From an uncultured bacterium (lineage in GTDB: Bacteria > UBP7 > UBA6624), in assembly GCA_964012435.1 (NCBI GenBank), contig CAXGSM010000003.1, positions 1 to 64,000 of the forward strand: a stretch of 64,000 nucleotides of DNA, given 5' to 3'. Of this stretch, positions 52,533 through 60,673 are shown in pieces. The position numbers and the translations under genes are program-made. How positions within the stretch are numbered: the stretch's first letter is position 1; each line of letters begins with the position of its first letter. The notes beneath the pieces were generated by a model, which was not told where the DNA came from, did not search any database, and saw only the letters and a program-made list of their open reading frames with translations.

Positions 52533-52566
52533 TGATAAAATCCTAACGAGGATTTAGACTTTGCTC
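52533..52566. promoter_or_regulatory. Divergent, probably leaderless promoter pair overlapping a palindrome
   Basis: TAGGAT (minus) 7 nt and TAGACT (plus) 6 nt from their ATGs; AAATCCT-aacg-AGGATTT at 52538-52555. Confidence 0.55.
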
Positions 52567-53022
52567 ATGTCGTTTTTTATACATCATGTATCGAAAAGAT
52601 ATGAACTCTGGGTTCCGGAAAAAATAGATAAGGTTTTTTCCTTTTTCTCAAATGCCAGAAATCTTGAAAAAATTACTCCATCTTTCCTTGAATTCAAAGT
52701 TTTAAACAAAGGCGATATAGAAATGAAAGAAGGTCTTTTGATTGATTACAAGCTTAAGCTCCATGGAATACCTTTTAGATGGCAGAGTGAAATAACAAAA
52801 TGGGAACCAATATCTTCTTTTGAGGATTGCCAAAGAAAGGGACCTTATGTTTATTGGGACCATTTACATTCTTTCGAAGAGAAAGACGGGGGCACATTGG
52901 TAGTTGATTCAATCAAATTTGCTGTTCCAGGCGGTTCTCTGGCTTATAAGATGTTTGTAGAAAAAGATGTTGAGAAGATATTTCAATTTAGAACTAAAAA
53001 ATTACAAAAATTTTTCGGTTAA
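52567..53022 (+). CDS. SRPBCC-family protein
   Basis: VFSFFS.ARNLEKITP, W.SEIT.W, F.D.Q.KGPY..W.H.H.F and IF.FR motifs. Confidence 0.88.
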   Translation: MSFFIHHVSKRYELWVPEKIDKVFSFFSNARNLEKITPSFLEFKVLNKGDIEMKEGLLIDYKLKLHGIPFRWQSEITKWEPISSFEDCQRKGPYVYWDHLHSFEEKDGGTLVVDSIKFAVPGGSLAYKMFVEKDVEKIFQFRTKKLQKFFG

Positions 53023-53097
53023 TTTTTATATATAACAGAGTTAGGATATACATTTAGATAGTATTTAAATTAATAAAATATAACAAGGAAGGTAATT

Positions 53098-53883
53098 ATG
53101 GAAAAAAGAGTACATTTTGATAAAGACGGTTCGGTGGGTTTCATTATTCTTGATGATGGCAAGGTCAATTCTTACGACATCGACACAATGAAGCAATTGA
53201 ATACGGTTATTGACCAAAACATTAATGATGAAGAGATTAAAGTTGTAATCATGAAAAGCGGTAGCGCAAAACTTTTTAGCGCCGGTGCAAACATAAAGAA
53301 GTTTATTGAGAATCTAGATGATCTTGAAGCTAATCTTGACATGATTAATTACGCACATAAAACTTTATCAAAAATGGCTGATTCTGGCAAGATTTTTGTG
53401 GCAATGATCAATGGCGGCGCTTTTGGTGGCGGTCTTGAAATGACTCTTGCTTGTGATTTTAGATTCGCTGCTGAAGGAGAATACAGAATGGGATTACCTG
53501 AGGTTACTTTAGGGCTTTTGCCAGGTAATGGAGGTACTGTAAGGTTACCAAGATTGATTGGATGCCAAAAAGCTTTAGACATGATGGTAACTGGTAGAGT
53601 TGTTAATCCTCAGACTGCACTTGAATACGGAATTGTTGATAAACTTTTTCCGATTGATAAGCTTGAAGAAGAAACGATTAAATGGGCAAAGAGAGTTTCT
53701 TCACAGGCTTCCATGGCAATTGCACATATAAAAAATAGCGTCTATCAAGGTTTAAATATGTCATTAAGTGATGCTCTTTCAAATGAAAGAGAGCACATGA
53801 GACCTCTTTTTGGAAGCCATGATGCAAAAGAAGGTTTAACAGCCTTTGTTGAAAAGAGAAGAGCTGATTTCAAGGGGGAGTAA
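53098..53883 (+). CDS. Crotonase-family enzyme (candidate stand-alone oxepin-CoA hydrolase/hydratase)
   Basis: FSAGANI, GGGLEM and GLPEVTLG motifs; first gene of the paa-like operon. Confidence 0.85.
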   Translation: MEKRVHFDKDGSVGFIILDDGKVNSYDIDTMKQLNTVIDQNINDEEIKVVIMKSGSAKLFSAGANIKKFIENLDDLEANLDMINYAHKTLSKMADSGKIFVAMINGGAFGGGLEMTLACDFRFAAEGEYRMGLPEVTLGLLPGNGGTVRLPRLIGCQKALDMMVTGRVVNPQTALEYGIVDKLFPIDKLEEETIKWAKRVSSQASMAIAHIKNSVYQGLNMSLSDALSNEREHMRPLFGSHDAKEGLTAFVEKRRADFKGE

Positions 53884-53887
53884 CTGT

Positions 53888-54853
53888 TTGTTAAATTTAA
53901 AAAAAGAAACCTTTGTTGAAGATAGGTTGAGTGATGGAAAATACATAGAGGATCTTTCTATGATGTCTCCTAAATATCTGGATGGTATCAAAAAGATATT
54001 AACTGTTTCTGCTGACACTGAACTGATGAGTGCTCCTGCTTATTATTTAGCAGCTAAAGATGCGCCAACTACAAATGCGTTCATTTCTGCAATGGGTATT
54101 ATCCAGGATGAATTAGGGCATGCACATATAGCTTACAGGCTTATGGAGGATCTTGGTGTTGATAAAGAAGAGTTTATTTACGATAGAGATCCAAAAAGTT
54201 TTAGATATCCATATGCTTTTGATGTTCCATTATTGACATGGACAGAATTAGCTGTAGCAAATGCATTTTATGACAGAGCAGGTTTTGTTTTATTGGATGA
54301 TGTTTTTGACAATACAACTTTTGGGCCATGGAAAAGAGCTTTAGTCAAAGTCGGCAAAGAGGAAGGTTTTCATTTGAGACATGGTGAAACATGGATGAAA
54401 AAATTATCCAAAGATGTGGATGGTAGAAAATCATTACAAAAAGCTTTAGATTGGATGTTTCCTTTAACTGTGGAGTGGTTTGGTCTTCCAGACAGTCTTA
54501 AAACTCAAAATATTCAACTTGAATATGGTTTCAAAGGCCAAAGTAATGACCAGTTAAGGCAGACATGGATGAGCACTGCTGTTCCTCTTGCGGAAAGTCT
54601 TGGACTGAAGGTCCCAGCACATTATTGCGAAAATGAAAAGAAGTATGTCTTGGAATTTCCGTTTCCGTCTAAATTCGATGCATCTGAGAAAAAATGGCTT
54701 TTTGAAGAAGGTGAGATTCCTTGGATTGAACCAAATGCAGATGGGTATAGCGTGATGAAGAGATGGAGAAATCGAGGCGAAATGAATGATGAATTTGTTA
54801 CCATTTTGCAAAAAGGCCACAAGCAGGTTTGCCAAATGTTAGAAAGAGAATGA
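53888..54853 (+). CDS. paaA: Phenylacetyl-CoA epoxidase catalytic (di-iron) subunit, divergent PaaA type
   Basis: Ferritin-like ligands DTE, QDELGH, YDRAG and KEEGFH; TTG 53888 follows a GGGGGAG SD. Confidence 0.82.
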   Translation: MLNLKKETFVEDRLSDGKYIEDLSMMSPKYLDGIKKILTVSADTELMSAPAYYLAAKDAPTTNAFISAMGIIQDELGHAHIAYRLMEDLGVDKEEFIYDRDPKSFRYPYAFDVPLLTWTELAVANAFYDRAGFVLLDDVFDNTTFGPWKRALVKVGKEEGFHLRHGETWMKKLSKDVDGRKSLQKALDWMFPLTVEWFGLPDSLKTQNIQLEYGFKGQSNDQLRQTWMSTAVPLAESLGLKVPAHYCENEKKYVLEFPFPSKFDASEKKWLFEEGEIPWIEPNADGYSVMKRWRNRGEMNDEFVTILQKGHKQVCQMLERE

Positions 54854-55197
54854 TTCAAGATCCAAAAGAAAGAACTTTTAGGGAAGAGGAGCTTTACCAG
54901 GCTCTTCATGATGTCCAGGATGCTGAATTTGATATAGATGTTGTTGACATGGGTTTGATTTACGGTGTTCATTTTGATGAAAAAAAACAACATGTAATAG
55001 TTGATATGACTTTTACCTCAATGTCTTGTCCTGCTTTGGATTTTATGTCCGATGATGTTATTGAGAGGCTTGCAATTGAAAAGGATGTTAAAGATGTGTC
55101 AATCAATGTTGTTTGGGATCCTCCTTGGAACCAAAACATGCTTTCCGAAGAGGGTGTAAATGTTTTGAATGACTGGGGTGTTATCAAATGGGAATAA
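54850..55197 (+). CDS. DUF59/PaaD N-terminal metal-sulfur cluster assembly factor
   Basis: V.D.E..IDVVDMGLIY, MTFTSMSCPA and VWDPPW motifs. Confidence 0.88.
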   Translation: MIQDPKERTFREEELYQALHDVQDAEFDIDVVDMGLIYGVHFDEKKQHVIVDMTFTSMSCPALDFMSDDVIERLAIEKDVKDVSINVVWDPPWNQNMLSEEGVNVLNDWGVIKWE

Positions 55198-55427
55198 GAG
55201 ATACCAATCTTTCAAAACGCACTGGAGACGTTTATGACGTTTATTCAAGGTCGACAAAGGATGAATTTATTAAATTGAATGGAGATGTTGTTGCTCCAAG
55301 TCCTCATTTGGCAAAAGCCTATGCTTATCAAATGTATCAAGAAAGCACCTGGGTTGAAATGATTACAGTTGCGAGAAAGAAGACTGTTCAAATAATAGAC
55401 GATGGGGTTTTGGTCAAAGATGATTAG
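55188..55427 (+). CDS. PaaB-like small subunit
   Basis: YDVYSR......GDVVAPS..LAKAYA...Y....W pattern. Confidence 0.7.
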   Translation: MGIRDTNLSKRTGDVYDVYSRSTKDEFIKLNGDVVAPSPHLAKAYAYQMYQESTWVEMITVARKKTVQIIDDGVLVKDD

Positions 55428-55584
55428 CTGGCATGTTTTTGGAAGAAAACAAGGGGAAGACCCTTTAGGTTTTTTAGGTTTGATCAAAGCAATTTCTCCA
55501 AAAGATGCTGTGTTAAAGGAATACGGCGATGAATGGCTGGAGTTGGTTGCAATTCCTGAAGATGCCATAATTAAAGTTATATGA
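55420..55584 (+). CDS. Second, shorter PaaB-like subunit
   Basis: WHVFGRK...PL..LG.I.A......WLELVAIPE.AI pattern; overlaps both neighbours. Confidence 0.6.
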   Translation: MISWHVFGRKQGEDPLGFLGLIKAISPKDAVLKEYGDEWLELVAIPEDAIIKVI

Positions 55585-56213
55585 GTAAATTAAAAGAAGA
55601 TTCAATTGTGCAAATTTTGGTGCGTTTGGCTGATGCAAAATATTGCCTTGGCAGGCGTTATGGGCATTGGTGCTGTAGTGGACCAACACTTGAAGCTTCT
55701 GTAGCAGCAGCTTCTATGGCAGGTGATGAAGTTGGTCATGCAAGGGTTCTGTATCCTTTGTTTAGAAAGTTAGAAAATGCTCCAAAAGAAATGACTGTAG
55801 TTTCTGATAGAACTGATTTTAAGGTTCCAGAATTCTTAAAAGAAGATTGGGATAGTTGGACTGATTTTATTGCTATTTCTTGTGTTTTTGATACTGCTAT
55901 GACTGTTGTTCTAGAATCTTTGAAAGAAAGCAGTTTTGAATTTTTTTCCTCTAGGGTTTCTAAAATGTTACAAGAGGAAAACTACCATGAAATTTTTTCA
56001 TTTGGATGGTTTGGTTTATTGTCAGAAGAAGTTAAGGATGACTTAAAGAAATCGGTAGAAAAGATATACCCCGAAACAATTAAATGGCTTTCTTTTGAAG
56101 ATAAAAATTTGATGAAAATTGCTAAACAGGAGCAAGTTATCAATAAAGATTCAGATGAATTAGTTGAAGCATTTGAATCAAAAATTCAGTCATTAATGGA
56201 AAGTTTAAATTGA
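55581..56213 (+). CDS. paaC: Phenylacetyl-CoA epoxidase structural subunit, PaaC type
   Basis: RLAD....GRRY..W...GPTLEA, DEVGHAR and EENYH motifs. Confidence 0.8.
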   Translation: MSKLKEDSIVQILVRLADAKYCLGRRYGHWCCSGPTLEASVAAASMAGDEVGHARVLYPLFRKLENAPKEMTVVSDRTDFKVPEFLKEDWDSWTDFIAISCVFDTAMTVVLESLKESSFEFFSSRVSKMLQEENYHEIFSFGWFGLLSEEVKDDLKKSVEKIYPETIKWLSFEDKNLMKIAKQEQVINKDSDELVEAFESKIQSLMESLN

Positions 56214-56398
56214 ATATATTTGAAAAAAGAAAAAAACAAGTAAACATAAGAAAAAATCAACAACGTTGTCCTCATTGTGGGTCTACAAATATAGAAAAAA
56301 CAGGCATCTTTGGGCCTTTTCATATGTCAGCGCAGTACCATTGCGTTGAATGTAGTTCCCCATTTTCAATAATTAAATGGAAAGATGATCAAAAATGA
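56210..56398 (+). CDS. Stand-alone PaaD-type zinc ribbon
   Basis: CPHCGS.......FG......YHCVECSSPF..IK pattern. Confidence 0.8.
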   Translation: MNIFEKRKKQVNIRKNQQRCPHCGSTNIEKTGIFGPFHMSAQYHCVECSSPFSIIKWKDDQK

Positions 56399-57177
56399 AT
56401 TGGAACTCAGTTAAGTATGAATTGCTAGAAAGCGGTATCGCTTTAATCACCTTGAATAGACCTGATTTTTTAAATGCTCTTGATGATGGAATGAGAGAAG
56501 ATTTTAAAAATTTAACACCAATACTGGCAAAGGAAAATGTTAAAGCTATTGTTTTCACAGGGGAAGGGAAAGCTTTTTGTGCTGGAGGTGATATTAGTCA
56601 TTTTGAAAAAAAATGGAATGCTGATAACTTCACCAAACAAAGTCGAGTTGTAAGTGATTTTTATGATTTTTTAGAGGATTTACCAAAACCTGTGTTTGCT
56701 GCCATGAATGGTGTTGCAACTGGAGCAGGTTTACAGCTTGCAATGGCATGTGATGTTAGAGTTGTAGCCACTGAAGCAAAAGCTGGCTTCAGGGAGCATC
56801 AGCTAAATTTAATTCCTTCACATGGAGGTACATACAGGCTTGTAAAGTTGTTAGGTCTTTCTAAAGCTAAACATTTTTATCTTTCTCAAAGATTGGCAAG
56901 CTCAAATGAGTTATTAAGAATGGGTTTTGTTTCCCATGTTGTCGAAAGCAAGGGTCTTCTTGAGTTTGTTCTCAATTGGGCAAAAGCGCTTGTTGCAAGA
57001 GCTCCAATGGCAACTGGAGAAGCTATAAAATTACTAAATAGCATGACAGATACAGACAGAGATTCTGCTCTTGAGAGGGAATATAAATCTCAAACAAAAA
57101 TGCTTTTATCAAAAGATCATAAAGAGGGAGTTAGGGCTTTCAGAGAAAAGAGAAAACCCTTTTTTAAAGGAGAGTAA
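56395..57177 (+). CDS. Crotonase-family enzyme (isomerase-like, one Glu)
   Basis: AFCAGGDI, GAGLQLA, GFREHQL and EGVRAFREKR.P.F motifs. Confidence 0.85.
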   Translation: MNWNSVKYELLESGIALITLNRPDFLNALDDGMREDFKNLTPILAKENVKAIVFTGEGKAFCAGGDISHFEKKWNADNFTKQSRVVSDFYDFLEDLPKPVFAAMNGVATGAGLQLAMACDVRVVATEAKAGFREHQLNLIPSHGGTYRLVKLLGLSKAKHFYLSQRLASSNELLRMGFVSHVVESKGLLEFVLNWAKALVARAPMATGEAIKLLNSMTDTDRDSALEREYKSQTKMLLSKDHKEGVRAFREKRKPFFKGE

Positions 57178-57179
57178 TA

Positions 57180-57707
57180 ATGCCAACCATATTGACAGTA
57201 AACGGAAAAACCCCTGTTATACATCCATCAGCATTTATTGCCAGTAATGCAACTATTGCTGGTCAAGTTTATATTGGTGAAAGGGCAAATGTTTGGTATG
57301 GAGCTGTTTTGAGAGCTGATCAAGGTTTTGATATAAGAATTGGAAGGAATTCAAGCATTCAGGATAATAGCGTGATTCATACAAGTCATATAAATCCAAC
57401 AATAGTTAAGAATAGTGTTACCGTTGGGCATGGAGCCGTTCTTGAAGGCTGTGTGATTGAAGACGGAGCTTTGATTGGAATGAATGCATGTGTTTTGGAT
57501 GGATCAAGTGTTGGCGCTGGATCACTTATAGCTGCTGGAAGCGTTGTTAGAGAGGGTGATGATATACCAGCAAAAATGCTTGCTGCTGGTGTTCCTGCCA
57601 AGGTTAAAAAAGAATTGAACGGTTCTGCTTTAGAGCATGTTTCGACTGCTGCAGATGTTTTTTATCAAAAATTAATGGATTTACATAAGGATGTGGAAAA
57701 TGATTGA
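57180..57707 (+). CDS. Gamma-carbonic anhydrase family / PaaY-like protein
   Basis: WYGAVLRAD, IQDNSVIH and VTVGHGA motifs; hexapeptide repeats. Confidence 0.88.
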   Translation: MPTILTVNGKTPVIHPSAFIASNATIAGQVYIGERANVWYGAVLRADQGFDIRIGRNSSIQDNSVIHTSHINPTIVKNSVTVGHGAVLEGCVIEDGALIGMNACVLDGSSVGAGSLIAAGSVVREGDDIPAKMLAAGVPAKVKKELNGSALEHVSTAADVFYQKLMDLHKDVEND

Positions 57708-59142
57708 CATGGGATTTTTTATAAATGGAAAAGAATTAATGGGAGAGAATTCATCAAAAGTTTTTAATCCTGCTGATGGCTCTGTTGTTGGGACAGTCGC
57801 CTTAGGTGATGAAAGAATTGTTGACGAAGCTGTTAGTGCAGCAAAAAATGCCTTTGAGTGTTGGTGGTCTTTTTCAGCAGCGAAAAGAGGTGATATTCTT
57901 TATTCTTGTGCTGATGCTGTGAAGTCAAGTGCGGATGAATTAGCTCAATTGTTAACCTCAGAGCAGGGAAAACCAATAAAGGAAGCAAAAATGGAGGTTT
58001 TCAGATTCGCACATACTTTAGAGCATTATGCTGGAATGGCGAAATCTTTAAGGGGTGGTTCTGTCCCAAATTTAGACCATAATCCTGCAAGGATGGGGCT
58101 TATATTAAAAAGACCACTGGGTGTTTGCGGAGCAATCACACCTTGGAATTTCCCACTATCTTTGGCTGGAAACAAATTAGGCCCTGGCTTGATTGCTGGA
58201 AATACTTTTGTCTTAAAACCCGCAAGCACAACACCTCTAACTGTTTTGAGAGTAGCTTCAATTATGTTTGAAGCTGGATTGCCAGCAGGCGTATTGAATA
58301 TTGTTTGTGGTCCAGGAGGAACTGTAGGAGATCGTTTGGCTACTCATCCAGATATAGCAAAAATAGGTTTTACAGGTTCAACACCAGTTGGCAAAGGTGT
58401 CATGAGCAAAGCAGCATCAACGGTTAAAAGGGTTACTTTGGAGTTAGGTGGTAGCGATCCTTTTATTGTTATGTCCGATGCAGATATCGACAAAGCTGTT
58501 TCTGCTTGTTCAGTTGGAAGGTTTTTTAATTGTGGACAAGCTTGCCTTGCTGTTAAAAGAGTTTTTGTAGATGAGCCAGTTTACGAAGAGTTTAAAGAGA
58601 AGATTGTTGAGAAGGTGAGAAAGATTACAGTGGGTTCAGGTTTTGACACATCAAATAGGATGGGGCCATTACATACAGAGGGACAAAGAGCAGAGGTTGA
58701 AGATCAGTTTAACGATGCTGTTAACAAAGGGGCAAAAATTCTTATAGGCGGTAAAAGGCCATCAGGTGATGCATATGACAAGGGCAATTACTTGATGCCA
58801 ACAGTTTTGGAAGATTGTTCTTTTGACAGCAAGATGAATACCGAAGAGGTTTTTGGTCCAGCTTTACCTTTATGGAAGGTTTCTGGGATGGATGAAGCAA
58901 TTTCAAAAGCAAATGATAGTCCTTTTGGTTTGGGGTCTTCCGTTTGGACCAAAGATGTTAATTCTGCAATGAAGGCTGCTGAAAAAATTGAATCTGGCTA
59001 CACTTGGGTCAACAGCATTTCAAAGATTTATGATGAGCTTCCTTTTGGAGGAATGAAAGAAAGCGGTCTTGGTGCAGAGCATGGCTATGAGGCCTTAGAG
59101 CATTACATGGCAACTAAGTCTGTTGTTATGGGTGTTGAGTGA
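57700..59142 (+). CDS. Aldehyde dehydrogenase (candidate PaaZ-ALDH/PaaN equivalent)
   Basis: PWNFP, FTGS, LELGG, GQAC and EEVFGP motifs; start could be 57700 or 57709. Confidence 0.92.
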   Translation: MIDMGFFINGKELMGENSSKVFNPADGSVVGTVALGDERIVDEAVSAAKNAFECWWSFSAAKRGDILYSCADAVKSSADELAQLLTSEQGKPIKEAKMEVFRFAHTLEHYAGMAKSLRGGSVPNLDHNPARMGLILKRPLGVCGAITPWNFPLSLAGNKLGPGLIAGNTFVLKPASTTPLTVLRVASIMFEAGLPAGVLNIVCGPGGTVGDRLATHPDIAKIGFTGSTPVGKGVMSKAASTVKRVTLELGGSDPFIVMSDADIDKAVSACSVGRFFNCGQACLAVKRVFVDEPVYEEFKEKIVEKVRKITVGSGFDTSNRMGPLHTEGQRAEVEDQFNDAVNKGAKILIGGKRPSGDAYDKGNYLMPTVLEDCSFDSKMNTEEVFGPALPLWKVSGMDEAISKANDSPFGLGSSVWTKDVNSAMKAAEKIESGYTWVNSISKIYDELPFGGMKESGLGAEHGYEALEHYMATKSVVMGVE

Positions 59143-59185
59143 AACCAATAGAGCTTGTTGAAAGTTTTGGTGGTTGTGAAATAGC

Positions 59186-59569
59186 ATGAAGCTTGATGGA
59201 ATAAATCATGTAGCTTTAACAGTTACAAATCCAGAAAAATCAGCTGAATGGTACAGAGATGTTTTGGGGTTTGAAATTGTAGGTGTAAACAAGCCTGGAA
59301 ATCCACTAAAGATAACTCTAGGAGATCAATGGTTGGCAATTTTTGCTGCAGGTGAAAATCCAGGGAGTCATCCAAAAAGAAATGATTTGGCATTCCAGCA
59401 TTTAGCTTTTGGTTCAGATTTTAGGAATTGGGAAAAAAGCTGTGAAGAATTAAAACAGAAAAACATTGAATACAAGTTTGTTGATCATGGAAATTGCTAT
59501 TCGATTTATTTTGATGATCCTGATGGCCATAGGTTGGAAATAGTAACCTACGATGTAGAAAAAAAATGA
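59186..59569 (+). CDS. VOC/glyoxalase-family protein
   Basis: INHVAL.V, HLAF and YFDDPDGHRLE motifs. Confidence 0.9.
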   Translation: MKLDGINHVALTVTNPEKSAEWYRDVLGFEIVGVNKPGNPLKITLGDQWLAIFAAGENPGSHPKRNDLAFQHLAFGSDFRNWEKSCEELKQKNIEYKFVDHGNCYSIYFDDPDGHRLEIVTYDVEKK

Positions 59570-60672
59570 TTTTTTTTCATTTGTTTTTGCTTTTTTCAAA
59601 TGACATCCAAAAACCTCAAGTTCCTCTTCATACAGAAAATCGTTGGATTATGGATGCAGAAAACAAACGATTCAAGCTGGCTGGCGTTAATTGGTATGGC
59701 TTTGAAGAGCTTGATTATGTTCCTGCTGGTTTAGAGATAGCACATGTGGATAAAATTTCAGAAAAAGTGTCTTTTTTTGGATTCAACTCTGTTCGACTTC
59801 CTTTTTCGATAGAAATGATACTTGAGGAAAATACTGTTTCAGATAATGTTGTTGCTGCAAATCCTGAAATGAAAGGATTGACGCCAATTGAGGTTATGGA
59901 TATTGTTATCGATTCTCTTTGGAAACAGGGTTTGGTTGTTATTCTTGATAATCATTCAAGTGAAGCCGTTTGGTACAGTTTGGAGAATGGATTTTGGTAT
60001 ACGGATGAATACCCTGAAGAAGTATGGATAGAAACATGGGAAAGGATAGCTACAAGATATAAGGATCATCCTGCTGTTGTTGGTTTTGATTTGAGGAATG
60101 AATTGAGAAATGGAGCAACATGGGGAGGACCTAAGGAGACTGACTGGAGGGGAGCAGCGATACGTGCAGGAGAGGCTTTATTAAAAATAGATCCGAGTAA
60201 ATTAATCATTGTTGAAGGTATAAATTATGCTTCAGATCTTAGAGGTGTATTTGAACAGCCTATTGTTTATTCCGTTCCAAACAGAATTGTTTATTCAATT
60301 CATGATTACAGTTGGTTTCATCCTGATTTTCAGAGCTATCAAGAAATGAAAGAGGGTTTTGATTATCTCTGGGGTTTTGTTTTGGATGAAGATAAACCAT
60401 GGACCGCTCCCATTTGGATTGGTGAATTTGGAACATGCAGCAATGATCCGAATTGTGTAAAAGATTCTTCAGTAAGTGGTTCTTGGTTTTTGAATTTCAC
60501 TAGGTATCTATATGAAAAAGATATTGATTGGGCTTATTGGCCATTGAATGGCACAATGGCAAATGGTGAAACAAGAACTTATGGTGCTCTTGATTGGTAT
60601 GGAATATTAGACCAGGGTTGGGATAAACCATCACTTCCTGCGTTATTGGAAAAGTTACAAGAGCTTCAATAG
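59566..60672 (+). CDS. Glycoside hydrolase family 5 (cellulase-like), secreted
   Basis: GVNWYGFE, NSVRLPFS, LDNH, RNEL (acid/base), H.Y, IGEFG (nucleophile) and WAYW motifs. Confidence 0.92.
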   Translation: MIFFHLFLLFSNDIQKPQVPLHTENRWIMDAENKRFKLAGVNWYGFEELDYVPAGLEIAHVDKISEKVSFFGFNSVRLPFSIEMILEENTVSDNVVAANPEMKGLTPIEVMDIVIDSLWKQGLVVILDNHSSEAVWYSLENGFWYTDEYPEEVWIETWERIATRYKDHPAVVGFDLRNELRNGATWGGPKETDWRGAAIRAGEALLKIDPSKLIIVEGINYASDLRGVFEQPIVYSVPNRIVYSIHDYSWFHPDFQSYQEMKEGFDYLWGFVLDEDKPWTAPIWIGEFGTCSNDPNCVKDSSVSGSWFLNFTRYLYEKDIDWAYWPLNGTMANGETRTYGALDWYGILDQGWDKPSLPALLEKLQELQ

Positions 60673-60673
60673 C

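Noticed and set aside
53846..53887. Longer paaA start
   Set aside because: Lies inside the upstream ECH gene; TTG 53888 has a well-spaced SD.
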